A stretch of DNA of 64,000 nucleotides from Eledone cirrhosa (lineage: Eukaryota), in contig OZ024762.1 in NCBI GenBank assembly GCA_964016885.1, forward strand, positions 26,102,001 through 26,166,000, read 5' to 3'. The notes beneath the pieces were generated by a model. It saw nothing but the letters and a program-made list of their open reading frames with translations. It was not told where the DNA came from and ran no database searches. This document shows, piece by piece, positions 49,123-63,840 of the stretch (the stretch's first letter is position 1; each line of letters opens with the position of its first letter). A program made the translations under genes and the position numbers.

Positions 49123-50201
49123 CGTTTCTGAATTTGTTTAGCAAGATTCTTTATCTGAAATCGTGTGTTGAAACCGATATTGTTATACTTTGGGAGGGTC
49201 ATGTTGCCAATAAGAAACACACGCACCATTGCTTTCACTTCAATTTATTATATATTTATAAATTTACAAATTTGTAAATTTATAAATTTCTGGTTGGTTC
49301 GTTGGTTCCACAACCAGATAGTTGTTTATATATAGTCATAGTCCTTTCGTCACGCACTCTGTGACCTCTTCAGTGACTGGGGATTCCTTTCTTTGTCTCC
49401 GTGTCTCTCCTTTGTTCTGTCCTACGCCATTTTGTTTATGTGTGTGTGTTGTGTGCTCAGTTTGCGCATGCGCCACATCCGGGTGTCTGTGTGTGTTTAT
49501 GTTCATTTATCTATTTGTTTATTTATTTATTTATTTACATGTTATTGGTTGGTTGTTTGTTCTATGTGTCTGTGTGTTTTCATTTTGTCCTTAATTGTAA
49601 GTTGTGATGTTGCTGTTCCACTCATATTTTCTATTTAGTTTTGGTTGTAATTCTTTTATGTTTATTGCCTATGTAATTTGTCCAAAGTATAACAATATAT
49701 ATATATATATATATATATATTGTTATACTTTGGGAGGGTCATGTTGCCAATAAGAAACACACGCACCAGTTGCTTTCACTTCAATTTATTATAATACATT
49801 TATAAATTTAGGAATTTATAAATTTCCGGTTGGTTGGTTGGTTCCACAACCAGATGATTGTTTATATATTGTCAAAGAACACACACACACAAACAAGATG
49901 GCGTAGGACAGAACAAAGGAGAGGCACAAAAACAAAGTAAAGAATTCTCAGTCACTGAAGAGGTCACAGAATGTGTGACGAAAGAACTTTGACAATATAT
50001 AAACAATCATCTGGTTGTGGAACTAACCAACAAACCGCAAATTTATAAATTCCTAAATTTATAAATTTATTATAATAAATTGAAGTGAAAGCAACTGGTG
50101 CGTGTGTTTCTTATTGGCAACATGACCCTCCCAAAGTATAACAATATCGGTTTCAACACACGATTTCAGATAAAGAATTTTGCTAAACAAATTCTGAAAC
50201 G

Positions 50202-50203
<2 letters not shown>
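49121..50203. mobile_element. two bipolar insertions of PLE pLTR family B with hammerheads
   Basis: 49121-49695 and 49720-50203; HHR GTCA-CTGAAGA-G-GTCACA-GAATG-TGTGAC-GAAA-GAAC-TT-TGAC at 49951-49993 (+) and 49335-49377 (-); related to family A. Confidence 0.8.
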
Positions 50204-50253
<50 letters not shown>

Positions 50254-50301
50254 GTATTGAGTACCTTACTTACTGTGGTTACCCCCGATTGAACCCGGGA
50301 T

Positions 50302-50351
<50 letters not shown>

Positions 50352-50477
50352 ATCCCGGGTTCAATCGGGGGGTAACCACAGTAAGTAAGGTACTCAATAC
50401 ATAGCAAAGTATAAATATTTAATATAGAAATGGCTTCGACAGGACTAGAACTGTTTCATTCGGAGAAATCATCAAGA

Positions 50478-50767
50478 AAGCCTCCCAGCACATCTGTCTT
50501 GGTAGGTAAAAAGAGAGTAAGATTTGCTGGCCACTGCCATCGTGCCAGCGCTGAGGCTGTTTCCCCATTAGTTCTTTGGCAACCACAAGCAGTCACTAAT
50601 AACAGGGGGAGCAAGCTCTCCTATACCGATGTCATCTCCAGATATTCTGGTATTGCAATCCAGGATTTGGCAGCGGCGCGAATGAACAACAAACCCCTTG
50701 GAGATCAATTGTTGAGTTCATTTCGGACTGATGATGATATCGCCGGATAATGATGATGATGATGATG
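50478..50767 (+). mobile_element. RTE-type LINE 3' fragment (different family)
   Basis: KRVRFAGHCHR...LVLWQP..RG...SY.DVI...SG, with (GAT)n tail. Confidence 0.65.
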
Positions 50768-50859
50768 TATAATGATAAAAAGCGACAAATATGTGTGTAA
50801 TACATGTACATGTTTGTTTGAATCTAAGTGTGTATGCTTTCACTTCATAGTCAATAGAC

Positions 50860-51061
50860 CAGGCATGTCAAACATGCGGCCCTTTACAAGTACCCCTGCG
50901 GCCCGCACAAAGATTTTTACAGCGCGAGCATGTTTTATCTTCGTAATATAAAATTTAAAAACATTAGTTGTAATGTGCGCAATTAGTTGTCATGTGTGAC
51001 CCTCAGACAAAACATATGTGACCCACATGGCCCTCAGGGCACTCTCTGTTGGACATACCTT
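50860..51061. mobile_element. hAT-type MITE
   Basis: TIRs CAGGCATGTCAAACA/TGTTGGACATACCTT; perfect 8-bp TSD CAATAGAC. Confidence 0.85.
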
Positions 51062-51389
51062 CAATAGACTATTTCTCTAAGCCCCTGGGACGAGGTAGAT
51101 TCAAGTCGAGAACCTCGGCTTTACTGGAATATGAGCTTAGAAGAATAAAGAAGATTCGAGAAGAAGCAGGAGACCATAGAATGATTATCAAATCCAATAA
51201 ACAGAAAATAATAATAAAAAAACACAAGATAAAATATATATATATATATAAATATATATATAACTAACACAAACAAGAAACAAAGCAAAAGAAGAAATCT
51301 TCAATTAATCAAATATGAATATTAGTAGACTGTTAAACTGTGAATGTTATGTCATTATATATATAGGTGTATATATAGGTGTATATCTA

Positions 51390-51475
<86 letters not shown>

Positions 51476-51674
51476 TACCTCCATATATATATATATATAC
51501 GTATATTCATACATATATAGATATATACATATATGCATATATATGTATATATTGACTGATAGATATACATGTACATATACATGTATATAGACATATTTAT
51601 TCATATTCATCAATTTATATATATATATATATATATATATAGATATATATATATACATACATAATTATATATGC

Positions 51675-51731
<57 letters not shown>

Positions 51732-51785
51732 ATTATAAATACATACATATATATATACATAATTACAAACATATATACATATGTG

Positions 51786-51816
<31 letters not shown>

Positions 51817-51878
51817 ATATTATATATATATATATATAGAGAGAGATGTGTGTATATTTATATATATATCTATATATA

Positions 51879-51974
<96 letters not shown>

Positions 51975-52147
51975 TGCATGTATGTATATTTATATATATA
52001 ATTCCATGTATGTCTGCGATGTGTATGTGTCTAGCTTCATAAAGAAACACAAAGGAATGATTTAGAAATAATGATTGATCTTTCTAATAGCTGAACTGTA
52101 GTGAGGTGAACATAGCTGAAGATAGAACATAGGGAAGAAACAACAGT

Positions 52148-54125
52148 AATACATACACACACATACTGATACATACACACACACAGATACAGATGCACAT
52201 ACATACACACACATACTGATACATACACACACACAGATACAGATGCACATACTGATACATACACACACACAGATACAGATGCACATACTGATACATACAC
52301 ACACACAGATACACATACATACACACACATACTGATACATACACACACACACACACAGATACACATACATACACACACATACTGATACATACACACACAC
52401 ACATACAGATACACATACATACACACACATACTGATACATACACACACACAGATACAGATGTACATACATACACACACATACTGATACATACATACACAC
52501 AGATACAGATGCACATACACACACACAGATACATACACACACACAGATACAGATGCACATGCATACACACATACAAATACAGATGCACATACATACACAC
52601 ACATACTGATATATACACACACACAGATACAGATGCACATACTGATACATACACACACACAGATACACATACATACACACACATACTGATACATACACAC
52701 ACACACATACAGATACACATACATACACACACATACTGATACATACACACACACAGATACAGATGTACATACATACACACACATACTGATACATACATAC
52801 ACACAGATACAGATGCACATACATACACACACACAGATACATACACACACACAGATACAGATGCACATGCATACACACATACAAATACAGATGCACATAC
52901 ATACACACATACTGATGCATGCATACACACACAGATACAGATGCACATACATACACACACACATATACAGATGCACATGCATACACACATACAAATACAG
53001 ATGCACATACATACACACATACTGATGCATGCATACACACACAGATACAGATGCACATACATACACACACACATATACAGATGCACATACATACACACAC
53101 TCAGATACAGATGCACATACATACACACATACTGATACCTACACACACACAGATACAGATGCACATACATACACACACACAGATACAGATGCACATACAC
53201 ACACACATACACATGCACACACACACAGATACAGATGCACATACAGACACACACGCACATTGAGACCCACATACACATGCACACACACATATACAGATGC
53301 ACATACATACACACACGCACACTGATACACATTATACACATGCATACACACACATATACAGATGCACATACATACACACACGCACACTGATACACATTAT
53401 ACACATGCATACACACACATATACAGATGCACATACATACACACACGCACACTGATACACATTATACACATGCACACACACAGATACAGATGCACATACA
53501 TACACACACGTACATTGATACCCACATACACATGCACACACACAGATACATATGCACATGCATACACACACATACTGATACACACATACACATGCACACA
53601 CACAGATACAGATGCACATACATACACCAACATACTGATGCACACATACACATGCACACACACAGATACAGATGCACATGCATACACACACGCACACTGA
53701 TGCATAGATGCATACTCAAACACATATACACAGATGGATATACACACACACAGAAGCACATGTACACAACACAAATGCTGTTGTACATACACACATATGC
53801 ACTTATGCATAGATGCACATACACATACACATATGCACACATACACGGATGCACACATACACACAGATGCATAAACGCAAATACACAGACACAGATGCAT
53901 ATACACGGATGCACATACACACACACGCATGCACAGATGTACATGCACACGCAGAGGCTCATACATATACATACATATGTAGGCACAGCAGCAGACACAG
54001 ACTCACACACGTACACACACACACCGACGCATACACAAACACATACATATGCATACTAAGAAACATACACACATACACGCACACACATAAACAATCATAC
54101 ACACGCACATACTTACACACACACA
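52148..54125. repeat. (CA)n-derived complex minisatellite
   Basis: Modules ACACAGATACAGATGCACATACAT and ACATACTGATACAT. Confidence 0.9.
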
Positions 54126-54312
54126 ATTAAGACATAGAAACAGCCGTCGTAAATAGTTTAAATTTTTCCAATCATGAGTTCTGTTTTCCTGAATATCGAT
54201 TATTTCTCTGACCCAATCACTGATCTGTTTAATGTATTAACGATATGCTGCTTAATAGACAAATAAATGTTTCTATTTTGGGCACAAGGCCAGCAATAAA
54301 ACCAGTACATTA

Positions 54313-56275
54313 CACAGTGTAACTTATTTCTTGTTCCCCGGTTCTAAGTGTCATTTCCTGGTTTATTATATCCCATTATTATGAATGGATTGGCAGTATC
54401 GGTAGAGGGTCGGACGCCATGCTTTCCAGCACAGTTACGCCCCTTTACGATATGAGTTCAAATGCCGCCGAGGTTGACTTTGCCTTTCATCCTTACGGGG
54501 TCGATAAAATAAAGTACCAGTAATGCACTGGGTAATTTGCTGGCCTTGTGTCTAAAGTAGAAACAATTATTATGAAAAAACACTATTATTTAATCAGAAG
54601 TTTGGGTTTCTTGTCAGGAGTTTGATATTTCGAAATTTTCAAATTTTTCAAGAAAAAACACATTTAAAAAAAAATTTATCAGTTCATATAATTAAATCAA
54701 CTGAGTATATATTTATTTTATTACACAAGCTTATCAAAAGCAGACAAGTAAAAACAAATAACACTTATAAAGCAACTTATACAGTCAGAAATGACTGGAT
54801 TTCCTGGATAGGCGGGTGTAGTCCAGGTTGCATTCCCGCACTAGCCCCCATCATTTTTTCATTGTAGTGGCCCTGGTACCTCCGCTCAATATCTTTCACA
54901 TCTTGGTAGAATCGTTCGCCTTGTTCTTCTGAGTAGGCGCCCATATTGTCCTGGAATTTTTTCAGGTGAGCGTCCAGCATATGGAGTTTAAGCGACATCC
55001 TGCATCCCATGGCGCCAAAAGCCTTTCTCAGATCCTGAAACAATTGCTGGTAGTTTTCAGCTCTGTAGTTGCCCAGGAAGCCCTTAACAACTGCATTGAA
55101 ACAGTTCCATGCTGTTCTCTCAATCCTATTGAGCTTATTGGAGAACTCGGTAGACTAAAACACCTTCTTTATCTGAAGTCCAAGAAAAATTCCATCTTTG
55201 ATTTTGGACTCAGACAACTTGGGGAAGAACTCAAGAAGGTACTTCAAAGCGGCTGATTCTTGGTTGAGAGCCTTCACAAACTTTCATCAACCCCAACTTA
55301 ATGTGCAGTGGCGGCATGGGCACAATCCTGGGATCAACCAGTTGCCCCCACATGACGTTCCGGGTCCCAACTACAAATTCTGTTTGCTGCTCCCAGTTTG
55401 TATTTTGTAGTGGTCAGAGGTGGCTCTGCTGTCCCAAAGGCAGAGGAAGCACTGGAATTTGATAAAGCCTCCTTGGAGTCCAAGCAGGAAAGCCACCATC
55501 TTGAAGTCTCCAATGATTTCCCAATTCTACTGGTTGTATTGCAGAGCTTCCAAGAGAACTTTCACACTGTAGTAATCTTCCTTCGGGCAGGCTGAATGAG
55601 CTAGGGGCAGTGTCGGGAACTTGTTTCCATTGTGGAGGAGGACAGCCTTCAAACTTGTAGTGGAACTGTCTCTAGATAGCCGCCACTCTTTGGGCACAAA
55701 CGGCACCCCAATAACGTCAAACTGTCCAGGCACATCATGGCAGAAGCAGAGGCCATCCATAAGAGTGTAAAAGCCTGAGAAAGGTTCGTGTCGACTTCTC
55801 TGACTTGTCACCTGCACTTCCTCCTTGACCAAGTTCCACTGCTTCATCCTGTAGACGAATAGCTCTGCATTGGACTTGGTCAGACCCATATCCCTGACCA
55901 AGTCATTGACTTCTTTTTGGTTTGGGAAGTGAGGAACTTTTTCGGGTAGCCCAGTATCAATAAATCTCTTTAATCCACTTTTTAACAATTTTATACTTTA
56001 TTGCACTTTTATAATTTTCTGTAGGAATTACTCTTTATTTTATAATTTTAATTTAACCTGAAACATATATAAACAAATCATTTAACATAAGCAAATTAAA
56101 CTTAAATACAACGTAAAATCCAGCATACAAATAATTCTAGTGAATAGCTTAGAATTTTTACAAACCCAAACTTTTAACTGTTTAATAGCACTTTTTTATT
56201 TATTTGGAACCTAAGCAACATAAAAAAGGTGATTACAAGCCAGGAACAGAAGAAAAAAATGTTTGTTACACGGTG
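54313..56275 (-). mobile_element. Chapaev3-type (CMC) DNA transposon with degenerate transposase
   Basis: Termini CACAGTGTAAC...GTTACACGGTG; TTA TSD (54310-54312, 56276-56278); WRL..DSS..SLKAVLLHNGN, CFLCLWDS, PPLHIKLG, MSLKLHMLDAH, SEEQGERFYQD; superfamily assigned from recalled motifs. Confidence 0.78.
54385..54570 (+). mobile_element. tRNA-derived SINE inserted in the transposon
   Basis: Near-identical to 34990-35153, plus a ~23-bp insertion. Confidence 0.85.
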
Positions 56276-56412
56276 TTACTGGTACTTTATTTTATCGACC
56301 CCGTAAGAATGAAAGGCAAAGTTAACCTCTCGGGGACTTTGAACTCAGAACGTAAATGACAAAAACTCTATGCTTCAAAGCATGGGGTCTGACGCTCTAC
56401 AGATACTGCTAT

Positions 56413-56925
56413 ACGTATATATATATATGTGTGCATGTATGTATATATATACATATTACTGTACGTCTGTATACATATATGTATGTACGTATACATACTT
56501 ATATTTAAGTAACAGCCGTACTAAGAGTGAGAAATGAAATTTCGTTTCATTTTTTCCGTTTATCGTTTTCGGTACCCCGGCCAATTAACTCACTCGATAT
56601 GCAAATTAGGCTGCTCAGCCGTTAATATGCATAAGGAAAGTATATACTTTCAGACGTTCAATCATCTGGCAGAAAGGTATACGGTGCTGACGATAGCTAA
56701 TAAGCTTGAAACTAGTACAGCGTTCCTTTTTCAGTGTTGAACAAATGAGCAACGATGGTTGCTAGACACTGTACGGCTTAATTCGGGATGTTTGTTTACA
56801 AACACACCGAGCATTATAATAAATGTTCGGTGAATCCATACGTACATATATATATGTGTGCATGTATGTATATATATATACATACTACTGTACGTCTGTA
56901 TCCATATATGTATGTACGTATACAT
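56413..56925 (+). mobile_element. ~430-bp hammerhead unit with terminal redundancy (family G)
   Basis: About 85-bp direct repeat at both ends; HHR 56682-56722; inverted copy 58025-58605. Confidence 0.7.
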
Positions 56926-56934
56926 AATTATATA

Positions 56935-56965
<31 letters not shown>

Positions 56966-57051
56966 GTAGGAGGTGAGTTTTATTGTAGTACAATAAAGCA
57001 ATGCAGATATCGGATAAGAAGCACTCTACAGTTTGTGGGACTGGAGTATGC

Positions 57052-57441
57052 ATAATATAAGATCAAAAGATGGTTAAAGGAGTTCCATATATTTTATTAT
57101 GCGCATTTCAAAAACAAGCATCATCAAGCAATAATATTTGTGTTTTCATCAGATAAAACAGGAGAACATGATATGAAGGCTAAAAAACACTCTCATCTCA
57201 TCTCCTTCCCTTTTCATCCCCCCCCTCTCTAAATAAAATATTTTTCCCAATATCACACATCAATCTAAAACCACTTTTCATATGTTGATTTAAAACTGCA
57301 CTATCCACAAGTGTTTTTTAGCCTTCATATCATGTTCTCCAGTTTTATCTGATGAAAACACAAATATTATTGCTTGATGATGCTTGTTTTTGAAATGCGC
57401 ATAATAAAATATATGGAACTCCTTTAACCATCTTTTGATCT

Positions 57442-57450
<9 letters not shown>
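57052..57450. mobile_element. head-to-head element with a hammerhead in each arm
   Basis: Arms 57052-57191/57310-57450; TTTTAT-CTGATGA-AAACA..TGTTTTT-GAAA-TGCGCA-TA-ATAAAA at 57343-57409 (+) and 57092-57158 (-). Confidence 0.75.
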
Positions 57451-57521
<71 letters not shown>

Positions 57522-57735
57522 CTATACTAGTAAGTACAATTCCAAATAAATGTTTTTCTCTATATATTAAGAATTATTTCAAGAGTAACCTACTATTTGG
57601 AAAATTTGGACTGCGAACAACAATTATAATTGAGTGGCTGCTATTTGCAGTATAGCAATATAAGGTTGCACTTACCAATGAAACGGTCGCAAATACCTGG
57701 ATAGAACCCTTCTCTTAATGCTTACCTGTGCTTTC

Positions 57736-57798
<63 letters not shown>

Positions 57799-57988
57799 TA
57801 TACATACATATATATATATATATACAGATTTACATATACAGAGGCTGCTTTCAGTTATTGATCAAATATTTCTTCATAGGAGTCTTTATTCTTATAGCCT
57901 GGTCTAATTGATTTTTATATGGTTAATTATGCTAATTGGGAGACGAAATTGTATATATTTTATCTAATAATCCTAGGGACATGATTTA

Positions 57989-58027
<39 letters not shown>

Positions 58028-58231
58028 AGTATGTATACGTACATACATATATATATATATATACAGACGTACAGTAGTATGTATATACATGCACATATAT
58101 ATATATATGAACGTATGGATTTACCGAACATTTATTATAATGCTCGGTTTGTTTGTAAACAAACAGCCCAAATTAAGCCGTACAGTGTTTAACAACCATC
58201 GTTGCCCTTTTGTTCAAAACTGACAAAGGAA

Positions 58232-58272
58232 CGATGTACTAGTTTCAAGCTTATTAGCTATCGTCAGCACCG
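58232..58272 (-). ncRNA. canonical minimal type-I hammerhead (family G)
   Basis: CGGTG-CTGACGA-TAGCT-AATA-AGCTT-GAAA-CTAG-TA-CATCG; palindromic loop III. Confidence 0.82.
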
Positions 58273-58751
58273 TATACCTTTCTGCCAGATGACTGAACGT
58301 CTGAAAGTATATACTTTCCTTATGCATATTAACGGCTGAGCAGCCTAATTTGCATATAGAGTGAGTTAGACGGCCGGGCGCACCGAAAACGATAAATGGA
58401 AAAAATGAAACGAAATTTCATTTCTCAATCTTAGTACGGCTGTTACTTAAATATAAATATGTATACGTACATACATATATGTATACAGACGTACAGTAAT
58501 ATGTATATATATATATATATATACATACATGCACATATATATATATATATATATGTACGTATGGGTTTACCGAACATTTATTATAATGATCGGTTTGTTT
58601 GTAAACAAATTTCGTTTCATTTTTTCCATTCATCGTTTTCGGTGCGCCCGGCCGTTTTCGGTTGGCGCCCAACAGACTGGTCGGTCAAAGTGATCTAGGT
58701 GATATATATTATATATATATATATATAGATGTGTGGGTGTGTATATATAGA

Positions 58752-58834
<83 letters not shown>

Positions 58835-59087
58835 ATATGAGTGTATGTGTATGTATGTATAAATGTACGTATGTGTATATGCGTCTGTGGTATACAATTA
58901 TAAGTGTACTAATTGTGAAAGTCCTGGTAAATATTTCAACACAGCCACTTGTAAACATACTATTTCATCTTTCATATTCTACAGCTGACATTAAGACTGT
59001 CTATACACTTCAGTAACCTTTGACATTAGCCTACAATTTCCTTATAAGTCATGGCATTTAACATTTAAGGTGTTTTTTCTAATAATT

Positions 59088-59173
<86 letters not shown>

Positions 59174-59222
59174 CATTCTTTTTTCAGTTCAATAAGCACA
59201 AATGTAAGTTTTTTTCTCTCTT

Positions 59223-59263
<41 letters not shown>

Positions 59264-59409
59264 TATATTATAATATAATATAGTATATATAATAAATATA
59301 ATATTATATATTCATATATATATATGTATATATGTATATATATATACAAGTATGTGTATATATATATACATGTATGCGTATATATATATATATCAGTACT
59401 TACACACAC

Positions 59410-59539
<130 letters not shown>

Positions 59540-59721
59540 GTATATATATATGTCAGTGTGTGTGTATGAATTAATTTAAGTATGTTAGTTTATCACCGAC
59601 CCTTTAGTATGCAAGGTAGATCACTCGATGAAGTACATAAATGGGTATATTTACTCCGTATATATTTATAAACGTGAAGTACAAATCAACAGGTTATAAT
59701 TCACTTCGTTTCTTCATAATC

Positions 59722-59780
59722 GCTGTTATACATATTTCGGTGATAACAGTTATGCAATAGGTATGACCTCATCAGGCAGC
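59722..59780 (-). ncRNA. minimal type-I hammerhead
   Basis: GCTGC-CTGATGA-GGT..ACC-GAAA-TATGTA-TA-ACAGC. Confidence 0.7.
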
Positions 59781-60150
59781 TAGATGTTGAACTGACAAAA
59801 ACAGAAAAACATAAAGAAGAAACTTATTTCTGTTGTTTCGATACATTGATATGCTTCGGGCTGATATCCTTTTAAAGAAAGGATATCAAGCTTTCAGAGA
59901 GCAACAGCTCTCTGAAAGCTTGATATCCTTTCTTTATATTTGCACTCTTGAAGAAGGGCTTAAACCCGATACGTTGAACTTTATTTTCTCTTTTCCATAT
60001 CAAGCGTGAAACTAATAAGATCTTTTCTACTTCTGTGATGCCGTTTCCTTGATATATATATATATATATGAAGTATTTCCGAGGGAAGGGTAAAGGAAAG
60101 TAGAGTGCTCTATGTATGCTACAGAGCTATTTAAGCTATTTACAGAGGTA

Positions 60151-60221
60151 CCAGTTTCTGATGAGCGATTTCAGACGTGTCTGTTGAGCTCGTCTGTCTT
60201 CGTGAAACCTTTGGTAAATGG
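60151..60221 (+). ncRNA. type-I hammerhead with 3-bp stem III
   Basis: TT-CTGATGA-GCGA..CAGACG..CGTCTG..TCGT-GAAA-CC-TTT-GG-TA-AA. Confidence 0.7.
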
Positions 60222-60252
60222 AATAATTGCGTTATGTTGTTTATTACCTAAT

Positions 60253-60287
<35 letters not shown>

Positions 60288-60989
60288 CATGGTAAGCTGT
60301 GGAGGAATTTTGGACAGACTTTGATAAGAAATATTCCAATCAAATTCTAGTTTACTGGCTGTTATTAGTTCCAAAATTGTACGTGATTCTTATAGATAAA
60401 ACGTAACAGATTTATCGAAGAATATTTGGCCCATAAGGGAAAATGCCGTAAATAAAATATTAACTGAATAATAATAGAGATTGTCAATATAAATGGTTCG
60501 AGGACATGCCTCTATGCTTTGCAGAAAAATATAACATACGCACGCAAGAAAAAGTGCTTGCTAAACAAAAGAAATGAAGGTATTACTCGTATAATATGTT
60601 ACTGACGGAATATATTGATTAGAAAAGAAATTAATAAAACAACAGGTCTGATTTTGTGAAGGTGAATACCAGATAGACTGTACATATTCAGGAATAGTTA
60701 AAAGGAAACAGGAGAATGATGACAGCATCAATGGAAGAACAAAAGCGTCTGCTAAAAAATTTACACAATGGTAAATACATAGTTTGAAGACATCGCATAT
60801 ATAATGCAACAGCTAACAGAATATGGAGCTAATAATGTTTAGAGACGTCAGGTACTCTATAACAATTGGATATTCAGTACGACGGCAAACAACATTCTTT
60901 AAAATTGCTTTTATCAAAAGCCGCCAAATAAAAATAATTGCGATACATGCATATGTATATATATGAATAAACCAGAGCATACGTATATG

Positions 60990-61100
<111 letters not shown>

Positions 61101-61349
61101 AAACAGTGAGTGTGTTCTGTTATTAATTCTGGCATTATTATTACACAAATATGACCCTCCCCAAGTATAACTATATTTGTTTCGACACACGGTCTCATAT
61201 CAAAAACCTCGCAAAACTAATTCATCGCCGTTATATATATAAAGATTTACATATACACAAACTAGACAAAGTAACAGATATATATGTTTTGGCAACCATT
61301 CACGATGTGGCTCAATATTATCAAATGATTCTATGGGCATACTTTATAG

Positions 61350-61384
<35 letters not shown>

Positions 61385-62159
61385 TTATATATATGTATAC
61401 AAATTAAAATGAAGAATTAGAAATAGAATTAGAATTAGAAAAATAATTAGAATTAGAAATAGAAACCATGACTGTCCATCATCAGTGGTCAACTAGCCAT
61501 CATAGATATTTCTTCGCATTAAAGACCAGATACCTCAGGCTTGCGCGAACAATAACTAAAATAATATTGGGATAAAAAGAATTGGGTGGAGAAAGAGAGA
61601 CAGGTAAACAAACACGAATGGTGAGGCAACGTAAAGAGAGAAAAAAATGAGAAAATCAATCAATGATTTATTTGAACATAAGAACTTGCGAATATTGACG
61701 AGAAGACGAAAGACACATCTTAACCGTGCGAAAAGTAAGCGAGGAAAGAATTTCGCACGGTGTGGGACGATGGAGGAAGTGAGAGAGAGAGTGAGTAGCA
61801 GAGGGTGAGTGAGTTAAAGTGTGAGGAAGAGGCTAGCCGAGAGAGTGTGACTAGCAGAGGGGGTGAATGAAAATAAGAGGGATAAGAAGGGAGAAGGGGG
61901 AGAGAGAAAGAGGATAGCAGTAAGGGAAGAGAAAAAGACTGGTCACAGCGAAGGGGAAAGCATATAGGAAGGAAATATGGCGTGCTGTGTTGTTGCATAT
62001 GTGATATACAAATTAAAATGAAGAATTAGAAGCCAGGACTATTTTTAATTCTTCATTTAGTAGAGCACCGATGATGGATAGTCCAGGCTTGCTTTTATTT
62101 CTAATTCTTAATTTTAATTTGTTTATCACATCTGCAACAACACAGCACGCTATTTTTCA

Positions 62160-62194
<35 letters not shown>

Positions 62195-62199
62195 TATAT

Positions 62200-63130
62200 A
62201 TCGTTTCTGAATTTGTTTAGCAAGATTCTTTATCTGAAAACGTGTGTTGAAACCGATATTGTTATACTTTGGGAGGGTCATGTTGCCAATAAGAAACACA
62301 CGCACCAGTTGCTTTCACTTCAATTTATTATAATATATTTATAAATTTAGGAATTTATAAATTTCCGGTTGGTTGGTTGGTTGGTTCCACAACCAGATGG
62401 TTGTTGATATATTGTCAAAGTTCTTTCGTCACACATTCTGTGACCTCTTCAGTGACTGGAGATTCTTTTCTTTGTTTTTTGTGCCTCTCCTTTGTTAGGT
62501 CCTACGCCATATTGTTTTTTTGTGTGTGTTGTCTGCTTAGTTTGCGCATGTGTTACATCCGGGTGTCTGTGTGTGTTTATATTCGTTTATTTATTTGTTT
62601 ATTTACATGTTACTGGTTGGTTGTTTGTTCTATGACGCAATGTTTAGACAAATCACAGAGGCAATAAACATAAATGAATTACAACCAAAATTAAATAGAA
62701 CACATGACTGGAACAGCAACATCATAACTTACAATTAAGGACAAAATGAAAACACACACGCACATAGAACAAACAACCAACCAGTAACATGCAAATAAAC
62801 AAATAAATAAACGAATATAAACACACACAGACACCCGGATGTAACACATGCGCAAACTAAGCACACAACACACACACAAAAACAATATGGCGTAGGACAG
62901 AACAAAGGAGAGGCACAAAAAACAAAGAAAAGAATCCCCAGTCACTGAAGAGGTCACAGAATGTGTGACGAAAGAACTTTGACAATATATAAACAACCAT
63001 CTGGTTGTGGAACCAAACAACCAACCGGAAATTTATAAATTCCAAAATTTATAAATTTATTATAATAAATTGAAGTGAAACAACTGGTGCGTGTGTTTCT
63101 TAGTGGCAACATGACCCTCCCAAAGTATAA
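62200..63130. mobile_element. head-to-head PLE pLTR family B pair
   Basis: 62200-62633 (-) and about 62655-63130 (+); HHRs at 62414-62456 (-) and 62941-62983 (+). Confidence 0.85.
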
Positions 63131-63134
63131 TAAT

Positions 63135-63180
<46 letters not shown>

Positions 63181-63247
63181 TTTGATTACCTGTACTGGAA
63201 CATTTATCAGAATGCTGTTGATGGGTGTATACATTTTGGGACACACT

Positions 63248-63321
<74 letters not shown>

Positions 63322-63840
63322 AGTATATGTTGCATGTTTACCGACACTTCACTATGCAGATTGGAGCACTTGACGAAGTACGCAGGTTGGCTTGGTTACT
63401 CAGGAGTAATGTAAAATAAAATAATTAAGTCAAATATTTAAAATTTGGCTTCGTTTATTAAAGACGTACTGCTAAATATATTTCAGTGACAGCCATCATT
63501 GGCTGTTACCTGTTCAGGCAGTCCGAATTGGTGTGGTAGAGACAGGTACACATGTTGTTAAATTGTTTTATTCCGTCAATACTCCGATATGTCGAGCTCC
63601 TGGTTGGATTGTTATTTCTCTGAGGAACTGGAATCATATGAATTCGAACAAACCAATTTCGGCATCATAGGACATTCTCTCCTCCCATTGCTCAGTTGTG
63701 ACAATATTCCTCAGTCAAAAGTCTATAAAAGTTTTTCTTAGGCATGACAATCTGTTGTGGTTGTTTTTGTTAAGTACAGCTGACCTCCTCCCTTGTGTTG
63801 TTAAAAGTTGAATTTAAACGATGTTTGCAGGAACTGTAAA

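Noticed and set aside
52037-54130. Cys/Val- or His/Thr-rich long ORFs
   Set aside because: (CA)n-derived minisatellite artefacts
61460-62095. CTGATGA-TGGAC-A-GTC motifs at about 61470-61490 (-) and 62068-62085
   Set aside because: No GAAA after stem II in either copy; at best decayed
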